Assembly: GCA_964016885.1 (NCBI GenBank)
Contig: CAXHJY010001389.1
Location: 62,001 to 126,000, forward strand
Reading direction: 5' to 3'
Length of the DNA: 64,000 nt
From: Eledone cirrhosa
Lineage: Eukaryota
The position numbers and the translations under genes are program-made. Under the pieces are notes generated by a model. That model was not told where the DNA came from and did not search any database. It saw only the letters and a program-made list of their open reading frames with translations. Numbering within the stretch: the first letter of the stretch is position 1; each line of letters begins with the position of its first letter. This document shows positions 41,178 to 52,909 of the stretch, one piece after another.

Positions 41178-41283
41178 ACCCGCTGATGGAAGCCACATGT
41201 GGCAATTGTGCATAATAAATGCAGACAGTGGATGCTGTGCACTCTATTGCTGCATTAAGTGTGGCTGAAACTTGAGTACGGGT
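41178..41283 (+). ncRNA. Type I hammerhead-like motif in a short TA-flanked element (~41142-41433)
   Basis: Stem I ACCCG/CGGGT; core CTGATGGA (one extra base versus CTGATGA); stem II AGCCACA/TGTGGCT; GAAA 41267-41270; near-palindromic CTTGAG; GTA triplet. Confidence 0.68.
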
Positions 41284-41432
41284 GAAGAGTAAAGATTGAA
41301 GGTACCTATTTACGTGTGTTGTATTGAAGCGAATAACTATGTGGCTACTCTGGGAGTTTACTTAACATACCTATTGAGTACGCTGAGATGCAACCGGTAC
41401 TAGCAGCGAAACCCATGCTAGTTCTGTCAACT

Positions 41433-41466
<34 letters not shown>

Positions 41467-41822
41467 GATAAATGAAACAAAAATAAACTACAGGGATGCA
41501 AAAATACCGAGTGATACTAGGTTGACGGTATATGAAAGTAGTGTGTGATAGGAAAGAAAGGAAGTGTTTAAGGTGAGTATGGAGGTGGTGGAGGAAGGAT
41601 TTTATGTGAGGCATAGTGGATGAGAAGGAATGAGGAGTGTCTGTAGGGAGAGAAAGAGTTGTTGGAAGAGAAGGAAAGAAATGGAGCAAAATTTGAATGA
41701 CAGGTGGGTTGCGTAAGGTAAGTGTAGAAAAATAGTTGATAAATGAAGTAAATCAAACACAGGGATGCAAAAATGCAGAGCATATATAAATATATATAAA
41801 TATATATATATATATATTTCAT

Positions 41823-42712
41823 CACTACGAAAGGCTACTAAATGAGGAGAATAAATGGGAGAAAGACAGTCTCCCCCACATCGACCCAATAGAGGGACCA
41901 GCAGTGCTAGTTGAAGGTAGTATAATAAGTAAGGCAATCAAAGACATGAAGACGGGTAAGGCGGCTGGGTCTTCGGAAATACTTGCTGAAATGCTGAAAG
42001 CATCTGGAACGGTGGGACACACTATTGTCACCCGAATAGTAAACCAGGTCATACAGAATGGGGTCATTCCGAAGGACTGGCGTGGCAGCATCATCATTAA
42101 CTGCTACAAGGGTAAAGGAGATGCCCTAGATAGGGGTAACTATAGAGGCATTAAATTAATTGACCAGGTCATGAAGGTCACAGAAAAAGTAATAGCGCAA
42201 TTAATCAGAGAGCGAATTGATCTATATAATATGCATTCGGGTTTGTGTCAGGTAAAAGTACCACGGACGCTCTTTTCATTGTACGACAACTACAAGAGAA
42301 GTACCTAGCTAAAAGTAAACCCCTATACTTAGCTTTTGTTGACTTGGAGAAAGCCTTTGACAGAATCCCCCACTCCATTATCTGGTGGGCTCTTAGAAAA
42401 CTAGGTGTTGACGAATGGCTTGTGAGAGCTATACAAGCCATGTATAAAGAAACAGTCAGCAAGGTTAGAATTAACAAAGAATATAGTGAAAAGTTTAGCG
42501 TAAAGGTTGGTGTTCATCAGGGCTCTGTCCTTAGCCCCCTCCTATTTATTATTGCCCTTCAGGCTATAACAGAGGAGTTCAAGACCGGCTGCTCATGGGA
42601 ACTCCTATATGCAGATGATCTAACGCTCATAGCTGAATCAATGGCCGAACTAGAGAAGAAATTCCAAATATGGAAGCATGGCCTAGAATCAAAAGGCCTT
42701 AAAATTAACCTG
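41823..42712 (+). mobile_element. RTE-clade LINE internal fragment (subfamily A)
   Basis: ORFs 41904-42308 and 42245-42772 are near-identical to 6500-7385; truncated at both ends. Confidence 0.88.
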
Positions 42713-43129
42713 TCTAGCGTATTTATTTACTGTTTCTTCATAGATGTCTTTTATTCTTATAGCCTGGTCTAATTGATTTTTTGTGTGGTTAATTATGCTG
42801 ATTGGGAGTAGAGATGATGTATATATATTATCAACTAATTCTCTGGACATGCTTTACTCTATAGTATTTCGCTCTGATTAATTTATTAATTCTCCATTGA
42901 GCCACATCGTGAAAAGTTGCCAAAACACATATATACCTGTGACTTTGTTTAATTGGTGTATGTGTAAATATTTATACATATACATATATATATAAATATA
43001 TATATATATACTATAGAGTAAAGCATGTCCAATATATATATATATATATGTATCATCATCTTCATTTAATGTCCATTTTCCACGATATATAAATATATAT
43101 ATATAAAAATATATATATATATGTATTGT

Positions 43130-44744
43130 ATCATCATCATCATCACCACCGTTTTACATCCATTCTTCCATGCTAGCATGGGTTAGACGGGTTGTCCTGT
43201 TGTGGGCAGTGTCCAGTCGACTGACCATGTCTTGCTCATATGGGAACTGATTCTGGCTTGATTTCTACAGTAGGATGCCCTTTCTAACACCAACCTCATT
43301 TACAGTGAGTGCTGGGTGCTTCTTTTCCGTGGCGCCTACACGTCCACTTTACAGTGTGGGCTGGATGCTTTTTTGCCATGGCACCTCCACGGCCACTTTG
43401 CAGTGGGGGGTGTGGCGGCATATTGTCTATATGCTTCATCTTCGTCTTGTACCTGTGGGAGGGGGGGGGGGGTCGGGTCTTCTGTATTACTGTGTGATGC
43501 CAGAGGTCACGGTCGTGTGTCATCGCCTTTGAGAGGTGTAATTGGGTAAGGTCGGCTTTTATCACCTCATCCCAGGTCTTCTTGGGCCTCCCCACTCCGT
43601 GGTTTCCATCGACTTCTAGTGCTCTGCACCTTTTTATGCAGCTGTCATCTTTCATACGCATCACATGTCCATACCAATGCAACCTCATCTCCTGCACACA
43701 GTATTTGATTCCTCTTATGCTCAGTCTCTCTCTCAATTCATTTATGCTTTGCCGTTCGCGTATATTACTATTACACATCCATCGGAGCATGCAGGCGTCG
43801 TTTCTCTCTAATCTACGTAAGTCTTCCACAGACAGTGCCCAAGTCTCACTACCATGTAACATTGTCGTTTGTATACACGCATCATACAGTCTGCTTTCAT
43901 TTTGAGGGAAAAGCCTTTTGCAACTAGCAGTGGCAGTAGCTCCCTGAACTTCTTCCATCCCATTCTTATACTAGTTATTGTACTTTCCGAATACCCACCT
44001 CCGCTGCTAATTCGGTCACCTAGGTAGCAGAAGCTGTCTACTGTTTCTACAGAGCCCTCCCAGAGTTTGGTAGTACTTGTTTCCTGTGGCTGTTTGCTGC
44101 TTGCTGTCCCAGCACAACTGCTACACGTGAAGCCTACATTCTTAGTTAAGCTTCCTGAGATCCCGCTACATCTCTTGTGCATTTGGGGCAGCAAATGGAG
44201 TTCCTACCTACACCTTTCCTACATACTGAGCAAGGCCATTTCCCTGAGGGGATCTGGGTTCTGTTTTCTCATCTACTTACAAGGACCTTAGTCTTTGTCA
44301 GGTTCACTTTGAGACCCTTTCTTTTTAGTCCCTGCTTCCAAGTTTGGAATTTCTTCTCTAGTTCTACCATAGATTCAGCTATAAGTGCGAGGTCATCTGC
44401 ATACAGGAGTTCCCATGGGCATCCGGTCTTAAACTCGTCTGTTATTGTCTGCAGGACTATGATGAACAGGAGAGGGCTAAGAACAGAGCCCTGGTGGACA
44501 CCGACCTGTACGCTAAATTCCTCGCAACAGTCATTGCTAATCCTAACTTTGCTGACTGCTCCACTATACATGGCTTGTACAGCTTTCACAAGCCATTCAT
44601 CTACTCCTAGTTTTCCAAGAACCCACCAGATTATAGCATGGAGAACTCTGTCAAAGGCTTTCTTGAGATCGACGAATGCCAGGTAGAGTGGCTTACTTTT
44701 AGCTAGGTACTTTTCCTGTAACTGCCTCACAAGGAAGAGGGCAT
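43130..44744 (-). mobile_element. RTE-clade LINE 3' part (subfamily B), frameshifted
   Basis: ORFs 44269-44730, 43808-44194 and 43296-43958; (CAT)n at 43130; homologous to 2613-4218. Confidence 0.9.
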
Positions 44745-45470
44745 ATCTTATGTTAACAATTTTTCATCTTGATGTAATAGTCACTTATATGACTGAATTA
44801 TTGTCGGCTTTTTGCTTACATTAATTTCTCTATTTTCATTTATATATTTAAACTCGGAGCTTTCCTTGAGTGCTTACTAATATTTGTGACTAATCCCAGT
44901 TTAAAAAAAAAAAAGCTGCGATAATATTGCTTTATGCTGAACTCCATATTTTTTGTTGAGTTTTTTTTTAATGTTTTGACTGCTGTTTCTTGTAAACAGA
45001 TTTTCTTTCATCCAGGCATCACTAGCCTGGGTCCACATGTGTTTTGTTATTTCAATTCAACACGCTGTTCACTTGCCTGCTATTAAATTCCCCTCTGGCA
45101 TCTTAGCAGTGTGATTTAGTTAACATGTTGAGCACAGCTGATGAACGACCCCAACCGTGACTAACCTCACTGAAAAGTTTCGTGAAATAGTCTTTTAAGA
45201 CTATATAGTGCATTTGCAGATTTCCCCAAATTGACGTTTAAGTATTTTTTCTTGATTTTATTTTGAGTTAAGATTGTATTGGTTTTTTTCCCCAGCTTAC
45301 ACAAAGTCTGACGATAACATTTTTCTTCTTGACTTGTTTTTAATTAAGATTGAATTATTTATCCCAAATCTTACGTTAAACATTTTTCATCTTGAGACTA
45401 TAGTCACTTATATGTCTGAATTATTGTCAGCTTTGTGCTTACATTAATTTCTCTATTTTCATTTATATAT
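44745..45470 (+). mobile_element. Non-coding partial-tandem element (623-nt unit, 103-bp direct repeats) carrying a hammerhead; retrozyme/pLTR-like
   Basis: Direct repeats 44745-44847 and 45368-45470; hammerhead at 45132-45211; 3' end runs into (TA)n. Confidence 0.68.
45132..45211 (+). ncRNA. Type I hammerhead ribozyme motif with a canonical core
   Basis: Stem I GCACAG/TAGTGC (one mismatch); CTGATGA 45138-45144; stem II ACGA/TCGT; GAAA 45184-45187; stem III ATAGTCTT/AAGACTAT; ATA triplet (cleavage predicted after 45205). Confidence 0.8.
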
Positions 45471-45479
45471 ATAAATATA

Positions 45480-45518
<39 letters not shown>

Positions 45519-45522
<4 letters not shown>

Positions 45523-45849
45523 TCATCATCATCACTGTATATGTCCATTCTTCCACGCTAGCATGGGTTAGATGGTTTGTCTTGTTGTGGGCAATGCCAG
45601 GTCGGGTGAACTTCTCTTGCTTATACGGGAACTTTTATCACATCATCCCAGGTCTTCTTGGATCTCCAAGGCTTCCATCGACTTTTAGTGCTCTCCACCT
45701 TTTTATGCAGCTGTCATCCTTCATACGCATCAATATGTCCATACCAACGCAACCTCCTCTCCTGCACACAGCATTTGATTTCTCTTATGCTCAGTCTCTC
45801 TCTTAATCATTTATGTTTTGCCATTTGCATATATTACTATTACACATCG
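45519..45849 (-). mobile_element. RTE 3' fragment with an internal deletion
   Basis: (CAT)n, the 3' UTR start and a C-terminal coding piece homologous to 3020-3240. Confidence 0.75.
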
Positions 45850-46317
45850 AAATATGTATATGTATATGTATATATAAATATATATATATATTTGTGTGTC
45901 AGTGTGTGTGTGTATATATATATAAATATATATGAAATGAATTGGTAGGAGTGTGTAAGAGATGGTCATAAAGTTGTAGGAATCTACTGCTCTCTTGCTT
46001 TGTTTTATCTATCTATAAGCATGAAACTAACAGAAATGGTTTTTGAATCCTTTCTACTTTGTAGGATGATTTTATGTTATTTGATGTTCCTATTGCCTTT
46101 CACTGTGAATTAATAGTAAGAATGTTAATTAACTCCAATAATGATACAAATATTCAATAGGTTGGACAATTAAACTATCAAAATAGTCCCATGCTATCAT
46201 GCTCACTATAATAAATGTAATGACATTTATCAGAACCCAATGTATCAATATGTTTCAAGTAGTAATTAAATAAGTGATAAAAGACTTATACTTTTATATT
46301 GCTTTGCATTATTCATC

Positions 46318-46510
46318 AATGGCTTGACAGAATTGTTAGAGCAATGTTTTATGGCATTTAATTATGGCTTTTTACATTCAAAGTTCAAATCTTGCTGAGG
46401 TCTTATTTACTTTTCTTTCTTCCAGGGTCGATACAATAAAGTAGCAGTCAAATATTTGGGTTGATATAATTGTCTCCTCAAATCACTGACTTTATGCCTA
46501 AATTAGAAGC
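46318..46510 (+). mobile_element. Degenerate SINE (26859 family)
   Basis: TTGACAGAATTGTTAGAG, AAGTTCAAATC, GGGTCGATACAATAAAGTA, TGCCTAAATTAGAA. Confidence 0.65.
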
Positions 46511-46736
46511 AATTATTCTTAATCTATTCCCTCAAGTCCCCAACATGTAGTGTACTGTTTATTTTCTCCATGTCTTCTTGCTATGTTCATATTTACAATA
46601 AATTTCAATAATACAAAAGTAATTGTATAAGTAGATATATAAGTACATTAAAAGCTGGTCAGAAATATATTATTATTCAATATTTTCAATAATTAATTAG
46701 TTTTTATTATGAAAAAATTGGTTTTTACTGTTGCAG

Positions 46737-46822
46737 CTATATATCGGAGCATATCAACTGCCTCAAAACTGCTAACTGTGTAAATCAAGAGGTCCATGAT
46801 AGATACAGTTTTTTTGAATGTG
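46737..46822 (+). CDS. Exon E (phase 2 to 1): (G)YISEHINCLKTANCVNQEVHDRYSFFEC
   Basis: Acceptor tttttactgttgcAG, donor GTAAGT, 86 nt, open frame. Confidence 0.85.
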
Positions 46823-47454
46823 GTAAGTCTTTCTCTTTTTAAATATTGTAATTTGATTAAAAATTAATTGCACTAATAAGGAAATCAGCCAAAGCTAAAC
46901 TAGCTACTTCTAAATTTGCAACTATTTAATGATTATGGTCAATGATACAGAATAAGAAGAGCTCAGCAAGTCAAGATAGTAACATATGTTCCTGGTTGAA
47001 ACTAGTTTATTTCAGTCACATTACTATGTCATTAGAAAATATCTAATTTATATTTCCCCTAAAATGATGGGATCTAATCAAAAGATTGAATATGAGCTGG
47101 GATATTTATAATCTTAGTTAAATAAAAGATCATTATTAAACATTACAGTAATGTACTGGGTAATTGCTGGCCTTGTGCCAAAAGTAGAAACAATTATTAA
47201 ACATTACAATAGCTAAACAATATTGACTCTTTAGCTTAGGATCAAGAAATTAAAAGTGAGAGGAAATAAGATGATAAAACATGACTTTCTCATGGATGAA
47301 GTGGATTCAACAGAAAATGGAATCTGGATCATGACTATAGCCCGTGAAATTGCTCCACAAGTTAAACCTTACAATTACTATAGATTTCTTATAGAGGACA
47401 CATACATTCTTAACATAGCTAGGACCCTATGACTGTTCCATCCCTTCAGAGACA

Positions 47455-47868
47455 GAAATAGGCTCAAGTGAAACCGAGAATGGAGTACTACTCCCACATC
47501 TGGGATGGTGCTGTTGCTACACATACAGATATGCTAGAGCACATCCAGAGAAAAGCTACACAGCTAGATAGTATAAAGTTCCTCACAAACTTTCTCTATT
47601 CTCTGGCACTCAGATGTCGCTGCAATGGTCTATTCTCCTTAGAACTTGCTGGTTTCAAGCCACTTTCTCTCAGACAGTTCTAACTTACACATCTCTTCTC
47701 TTCCCATCACCCATGTTATCTTCAACTCCGTAGATACCACACTAATTATTACACCAAGTCCTTCCTACCCAGAATGTCGATCATCTGGAACTTCCTCCCT
47801 GTTCATGTCTTTACCAAAGTATTAAAACTGTAACAGTTTAAGTAGAACATTAAATGCATCAATCTCTC
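47455..47868 (+). mobile_element. Old degenerate LINE 3' fragment (CR1/Jockey-type RT C-terminus)
   Basis: ORF 47468-47683 KPRMEYYSHIWDG...LEHIQRKA resembles the post-RT motif RPxxEY..xxW...LExIQR. Confidence 0.62.
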
Positions 47869-48935
47869 TGGTCTTCAGAGGTCAATGAAGACCATGGGAA
47901 CTGTCTCTCCCCTTCATATCTGGTCTCTGAGGGTCAGTGAAGACTATGGGAACTGTCTTTCCCCTTCATATCTGGTCTCTGAGGGTCAGTGAAGCCCATG
48001 GGAACTGTCTCTCCCCTTCATATCTGGTCTCTGAGGGTCAGTGAAGACTATGGAAACTGTCTCTCCCCTTCATATCTGGTCTCTGAGGGTCAGTGAAGAC
48101 TATGGAAACTGTCTCTCCCCTTCATATCTGGTCTCTGAGGGCTAGTGAAGACTATGGGAACTGTCTCTCCCCTTCATATCTGGTCTCTGAGGGCTAGTGA
48201 AGACTATGGGAACTGTCTCTCCCCTTCATATCTGGTCTCTGAGGGTCAGTGAAGACTATGGAAACTGTCTCTCCCCTTCATATCTGGTCTCTGAGGGCTA
48301 GTGAAGCCCATGGGAACTGTCTCTCCCCTTCATATCTGGTCTCTGAGGGCTAGTGAAGCCCATGGGAACTGTCTCTCCCCTTCATATCTGGTCTCTGAGG
48401 GCTAGTGAAGCCCATGGGAACTGTCTCTCCCCTTCATATCTGGTCTCTGAGGGTCAGTGAAGACTATGGAAACTGTCTCTCCCCTTCATATCTGGTCTCT
48501 GAGGGTCAGTGAAGACTATGGAAACTGTCTCTCCCCTTCATATCTGGTCTCTGAGGGCTAGTGAAGACTATGGGAACTGTCTCTCCCCTTCATATCTGGT
48601 CTTTGAGGGTCAGTGAAGACTATGGGAACTGTCTCTCCCCTTCATATCTGGTCTCTGAGGGTCAGTGAAGACTATGGAAACTGTCTCTCCCCTTCATATC
48701 TGGTCTCTGAGGGCTAGTGAAGACTATGGGAACTGTCTCTCCCCTTCATATCTGGTCTTTGAGGGTCAGTGAAGACCATGGGAACTGTCTCTCCCCTTCA
48801 TATCTGGTCTCTGAGGGTCAGTGAAGACTATGGGAACTGTCTCTCCCCTTCATATCTGGTCTCTGAGGGTCAGTGAAGACTATAGGAACTCTCTCCCCTT
48901 CATATCTGGTCTCTGAGAGCTAGTGAAGACTATGG
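47869..48935. repeat. 52-bp minisatellite, ~20 copies (GGGAACTGTCTCTCCCCTTCATATCTGGTCTCTGAGGGTCAGTGAAGACTAT)
   Basis: Period 52 read directly (47896 to 47948). Confidence 0.96.
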
Positions 48936-49084
48936 CCATTGATCTCTTTATATAGACCTGCCAATTAAAATAAATGAATAATTTCAGTAATTGAACAGTT
49001 GAAATATGTGAAATATGTTAAAATTAGTCTTAATTATTTTGTTGTTATTTACCTTTTCTCACTCCTCTCAATTTGTATTTGTAG

Positions 49085-49169
49085 GTAGCAGCTGTGATGG
49101 TGTTGCAGCAAAAACTTGTACGGATAATTTAAAAGAGACAGTAAACAGCACCAGGCAAGAACAATGCAG
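49085..49169 (+). CDS. Exon F (phase 1 to 2): (G)SSCDGVAAKTCTDNLKETVNSTRQEQC
   Basis: Pyrimidine tract then tttgtAG, donor CAG/GTAAAT, 85 nt, open frame. Confidence 0.85.
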
Positions 49170-49756
49170 GTAAATTTATAAAACTATCTTTGAAAATTAT
49201 CATATACAAGCTTAAAAGAATGTGACAAGTGCACCCAATTCCACAGTAGCAGCACTATTCGATCCTTACACCTCCAAATTAAAGAGCACATCAACACCAA
49301 CTCCTATTTCTTCCACAAACATCAAATGCTGAGACAGAGACAGTAAAATAATCACCACCATCTTGGCTACTGAGCGCAGTACTGAGAATCAATGAAGGCA
49401 CACCTGATTAAGAAACTAAAGTCTCCCATTAATAATAGAATGGAAAGAAATGTGGCACAATGTCTTAGCTAACTTGTCCAACCTAAATATACCATCATGC
49501 CAGCATCCCAGTTGTCCATTCTAATAAACATTCCTTTCCTAGCCTAATTTGGCCTGACAAATGCTAGCAGCAGATAAATTCCTTATTGGCTTTGAGTGGT
49601 TAGCTAGCAGACAAAGAATGCTTCAGACCAACAATGCTTACACACCTTTACACTTTTATGTCTGAAACATGTGTTCTTCACTACACATACACACTTACAC
49701 ACATACACACATGAATATATATACATACTCACATACTCACACATGTTGCTACACAC

Positions 49757-49959
49757 AAACAGAGCGGTTGCTGGTCCAGCAAAAATTAAGTATTAGTATT
49801 GGTGCTCTGAAATAGCGATGTACACCAGAATTTATGTACAGTATATTTGGCAGTATTCTGTATCTTTAATTAAAAATATTTTGAAGACCATTCCCTATGA
49901 GTTTTAAAGAGCACCAATACTAATACCTAATTTTTGCTTGACCGACAACTGCTCTGTTT
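49757..49959. mobile_element. MITE-like element with ~52-bp imperfect TIRs; partial inverted second copy at ~50124-50242
   Basis: AAACAGAGCGGTTG...AGCAAAAATTAAGTATTAGTATTGGTGCTCT is mirrored by AGAGCACCAATACTAATACCTAATTTTTGCT...CAACTGCTCTGTTT. Confidence 0.68.
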
Positions 49960-51376
49960 AATCAGCTCTTAAATATTACTGGAATTCTATAAGAATCCAG
50001 CTTCTATAATTCTCTACAGAAGCAAAGGAGTGATGGGTCTTGATAAACGCTAACAAGCAAGAAACAGGACTGTCGATCACTCTCGTTTGCTTTTGTCGAG
50101 AATAAGTAATTGACATAGTCACTACTTTAAAACTCATAGCAAATGGTCTTCAAAATGTTTTTAATTAAACATACAGTATATTCCCAAATATAATATATAT
50201 ACATTCATGTATACATTGTTATTTCAGAGCACCAATACTAATATATATATATGTGTGTGTTTGTAAACATACACAGAGTTTTAACACCTGGTGGAGGTAG
50301 AGAGAGGTACTCACAAGACATAATGTGTCTAGAGCATTTTATACGTGGTGGAGTATATCACTTTCCAGATCTGAAGACAACTGATTTCTTCCAGAGAATG
50401 AGAGAGCAAGACAATTAATAAAGAAATATAAAGCCAGAATCGATCTCAGGACACCATTTATCAATCTCAAAAGATGAAAGTCAAAATTGATCTTAATGGC
50501 ATTTGTTATGAGAGCATTGATATCTGAAACAAATACTGCAAAACATTCTATTCAACATCCTAATGATTCTGCCAATTGATAAAATAATAAAATATGTATC
50601 AGTCAAATGATGGGAAATAGCAGAATCTAATTTCTATTCATTCATTTCTTTGACTGCATTTCTTATTGAAGAGTAAAAATTTAGATTCTTTTAAATGCAA
50701 GGATATGAGGAAAATATTGTGAGTTATATCAACCACAACATGTCCCGTCCTGCTGGCGCCAGCTAGGTATACCAGCATTTTATCTTTTCAGGAAGCCCCC
50801 CTCCACTCCTGTGCAAAGACCCCACACGCCCTCTCAAGTCACATTGTCATTGTCAGTACGTATCAGGGGGCGGGGAGCTATTGGTGACTAATTTCTGATG
50901 CATGAAAAATACCACCACAACCAGTGGAATGCTCAATGACCATAATCACTCGATTCCGTGGTAAAAGTTACAACTGTGGTGTTGGACCATTAGTTTTGCC
51001 ACAATCCTGCTATTGTCGCACTGGTTGTGAGGGCTTTCTAAAAGGTCTGATGCAGGGCTACCACCAGGTACTATCTGGCTGGGCCTTCTAGTTTAATGTA
51101 GTGGCAACTAACGTAGCAAGGAAGACAGTGGTGATTTCAGCTGAATGCATCAACATGCTGCTTCATGCTCCCTGTTGTTACCAGTATGACCCTCACTGAC
51201 CTATATTTCCCCCTCCAGTAAACATGCCCATCTCTTCTTTCTATGTAAGTCTGGATGAAATGCTAGTGGCAAGTGTGTGGTTTTCAATAACAGATACGTT
51301 CCTTCACTATCTTCCGACTACAAAGCTAAGGAGGGAAAGCTATTGTGGTGACTCACTGCTCTTGAGACTGAGCTGA

Positions 51377-51787
51377 TCAAATGGCTCTCGCATGAGTCCT
51401 CATCTGCTGAAGGTGAGACTGGCGTTCCTCTTCAGAGTGACCTGCTCCACTGGCTCTCGCATGAGTCCTCATCTGCTGAAGGTGAGACTGGCGTTCCTCT
51501 TCAGAGTGACCTGCTCCACTGGCTCTTGCAGGAGTCCTCATCTGCTGAAGGTGAGACTGGCGTTCCTCTTCAGAGTGACCTGCTCCACTGGCTCTTGCAG
51601 GAGTCCTCATCTGCTGAAGGTGAGACTGGCGTTCCTCTTCAGAGTGACCTGCTCCACTGGCTCTTGCAGGAGTCCTCATCTGCTGAAGGCGTCGTTCGTG
51701 ATCATATTCAGACTCTGCTGCTCTAGTAACATTTTTTTCTTCTGGAAAATCGGATCTAGCGGACAGGCCGGACTTTTTTGGTGGCAT
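51377..51787 (-). pseudogene. Possible Helitron Rep/helicase N-terminal remnant with a 69-bp (23-aa) tandem repeat
   Basis: MPPKKSGLS... followed by ~4.5 copies of MRT(P/H)ARASGAGHSEEERQSHLQQ (51382-51689). Charged repeats like this precede Helitron RepHel domains, but no Rep or helicase motif is visible. Confidence 0.45.
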
Positions 51788-52112
51788 ATCGGCAGTAACA
51801 ATGATTGTTCGAACAGGGTCATGTTTGCTCTTTATATAGGTGTTATTCAGGGGAGGGTGATGCATAGAAATCGAATAACCAATCAAGTTATGAGGGGTCA
51901 ATCATGACTGATAGTGATTGGCTTCAGTTAAAATGTGTTTGCATGCGCGTGTGACAAAAGGTCAAAGGGGGCATTGTGTTGTTTAGTGAGATTGGTGGTG
52001 CTAAACTGTATGCCAGCTACATGGGAAGATGAGAAAGGCCAGCTCTATCGATTTCATTCAATAAATCCACCATTGGTGTGTTCTACGGCATCCATATATA
52101 TATATATATATA

Positions 52113-52854
52113 TATAGCTGACGTACCTAGCTTCGCTTGGATAAACAGGCGATAAGCCGTCTGTGGTTTCATACAGGCGAACTAAATGTAAACAAATCGC
52201 TGCGTAGTTAACAAAATAAATACAATGTTTATATTTTATTTTTGTAGTTCTGTTTTCCGGTGTATTTTGTGTTTTTGTATGCAAAATATTTGTACACGAA
52301 TATATAATTATATATATATAATTAATTAAAAGTTGGTTACAAGCGAAGTCAATGCAGACAGCCAGACATACAGACAGATATTATAAGTGCGCGACAGATA
52401 TTATAAGCGTGCTATGTATCTATCTAAAATGACAGAGTAAAAGAGAGAGAGTAATGTCATATATATATTATATATAATAAAGTACCAGTAATGTACTCCT
52501 CATTTTACATACGGCCGTAGGCTTTATTAATCTAGATAGAGATTGACAATATACACAGAAATTTAATCCATGATACATTAAGAAAAAAGACGATATTATA
52601 TATAAACTGCAAAATATATGAATGGTTATTGAAGCGATCGCTAACCGGAAATGTTGATATTTGAAAATTTTAAAGAAGTGAATCTTTAAATAAACAATAA
52701 AATATCTTTAATCAAGAACGATATTTAGTAGACAAAAATACCCTCACTGTCTCCCTTGGAAAACGTAACATCTATGGTGCAAATTTGGTGCCGTCTGGTC
52801 CAGCCGTTTGGCCAAAAGTTTGTTACATACGGCCGTCAGCTTTACTAATATAGA
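52113..52854 (-). mobile_element. Non-autonomous Helitron-like element (Lep1-style ends)
   Basis: The plus strand starts TAGCTGACGTACCTAGCTTCGCTTGG and ends CAAATTTGG...GGTCCAGCCGTTT...CTTTACTAATATAGAT (5'-TC on the minus strand). The end motif is duplicated internally at ~52506-52537. Confidence 0.55.
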
Positions 52855-52909
52855 TTTCTACACATCATTGTATTTTGTTAATTATTATGTCATTATTTTC
52901 TCTTTCTAG

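Noticed and set aside
42856-42917. Possible minus-strand hammerhead (ACTT-TTCACGA-TGTG-GCTC...GAGC-GAAA-TACTA-TA-GAGT) with a 21-bp inverted copy at 43011-43031
   Set aside because: The core lacks the essential G5 and has a 4-nt insert. At best it is a decayed pLTR, so it is not called.
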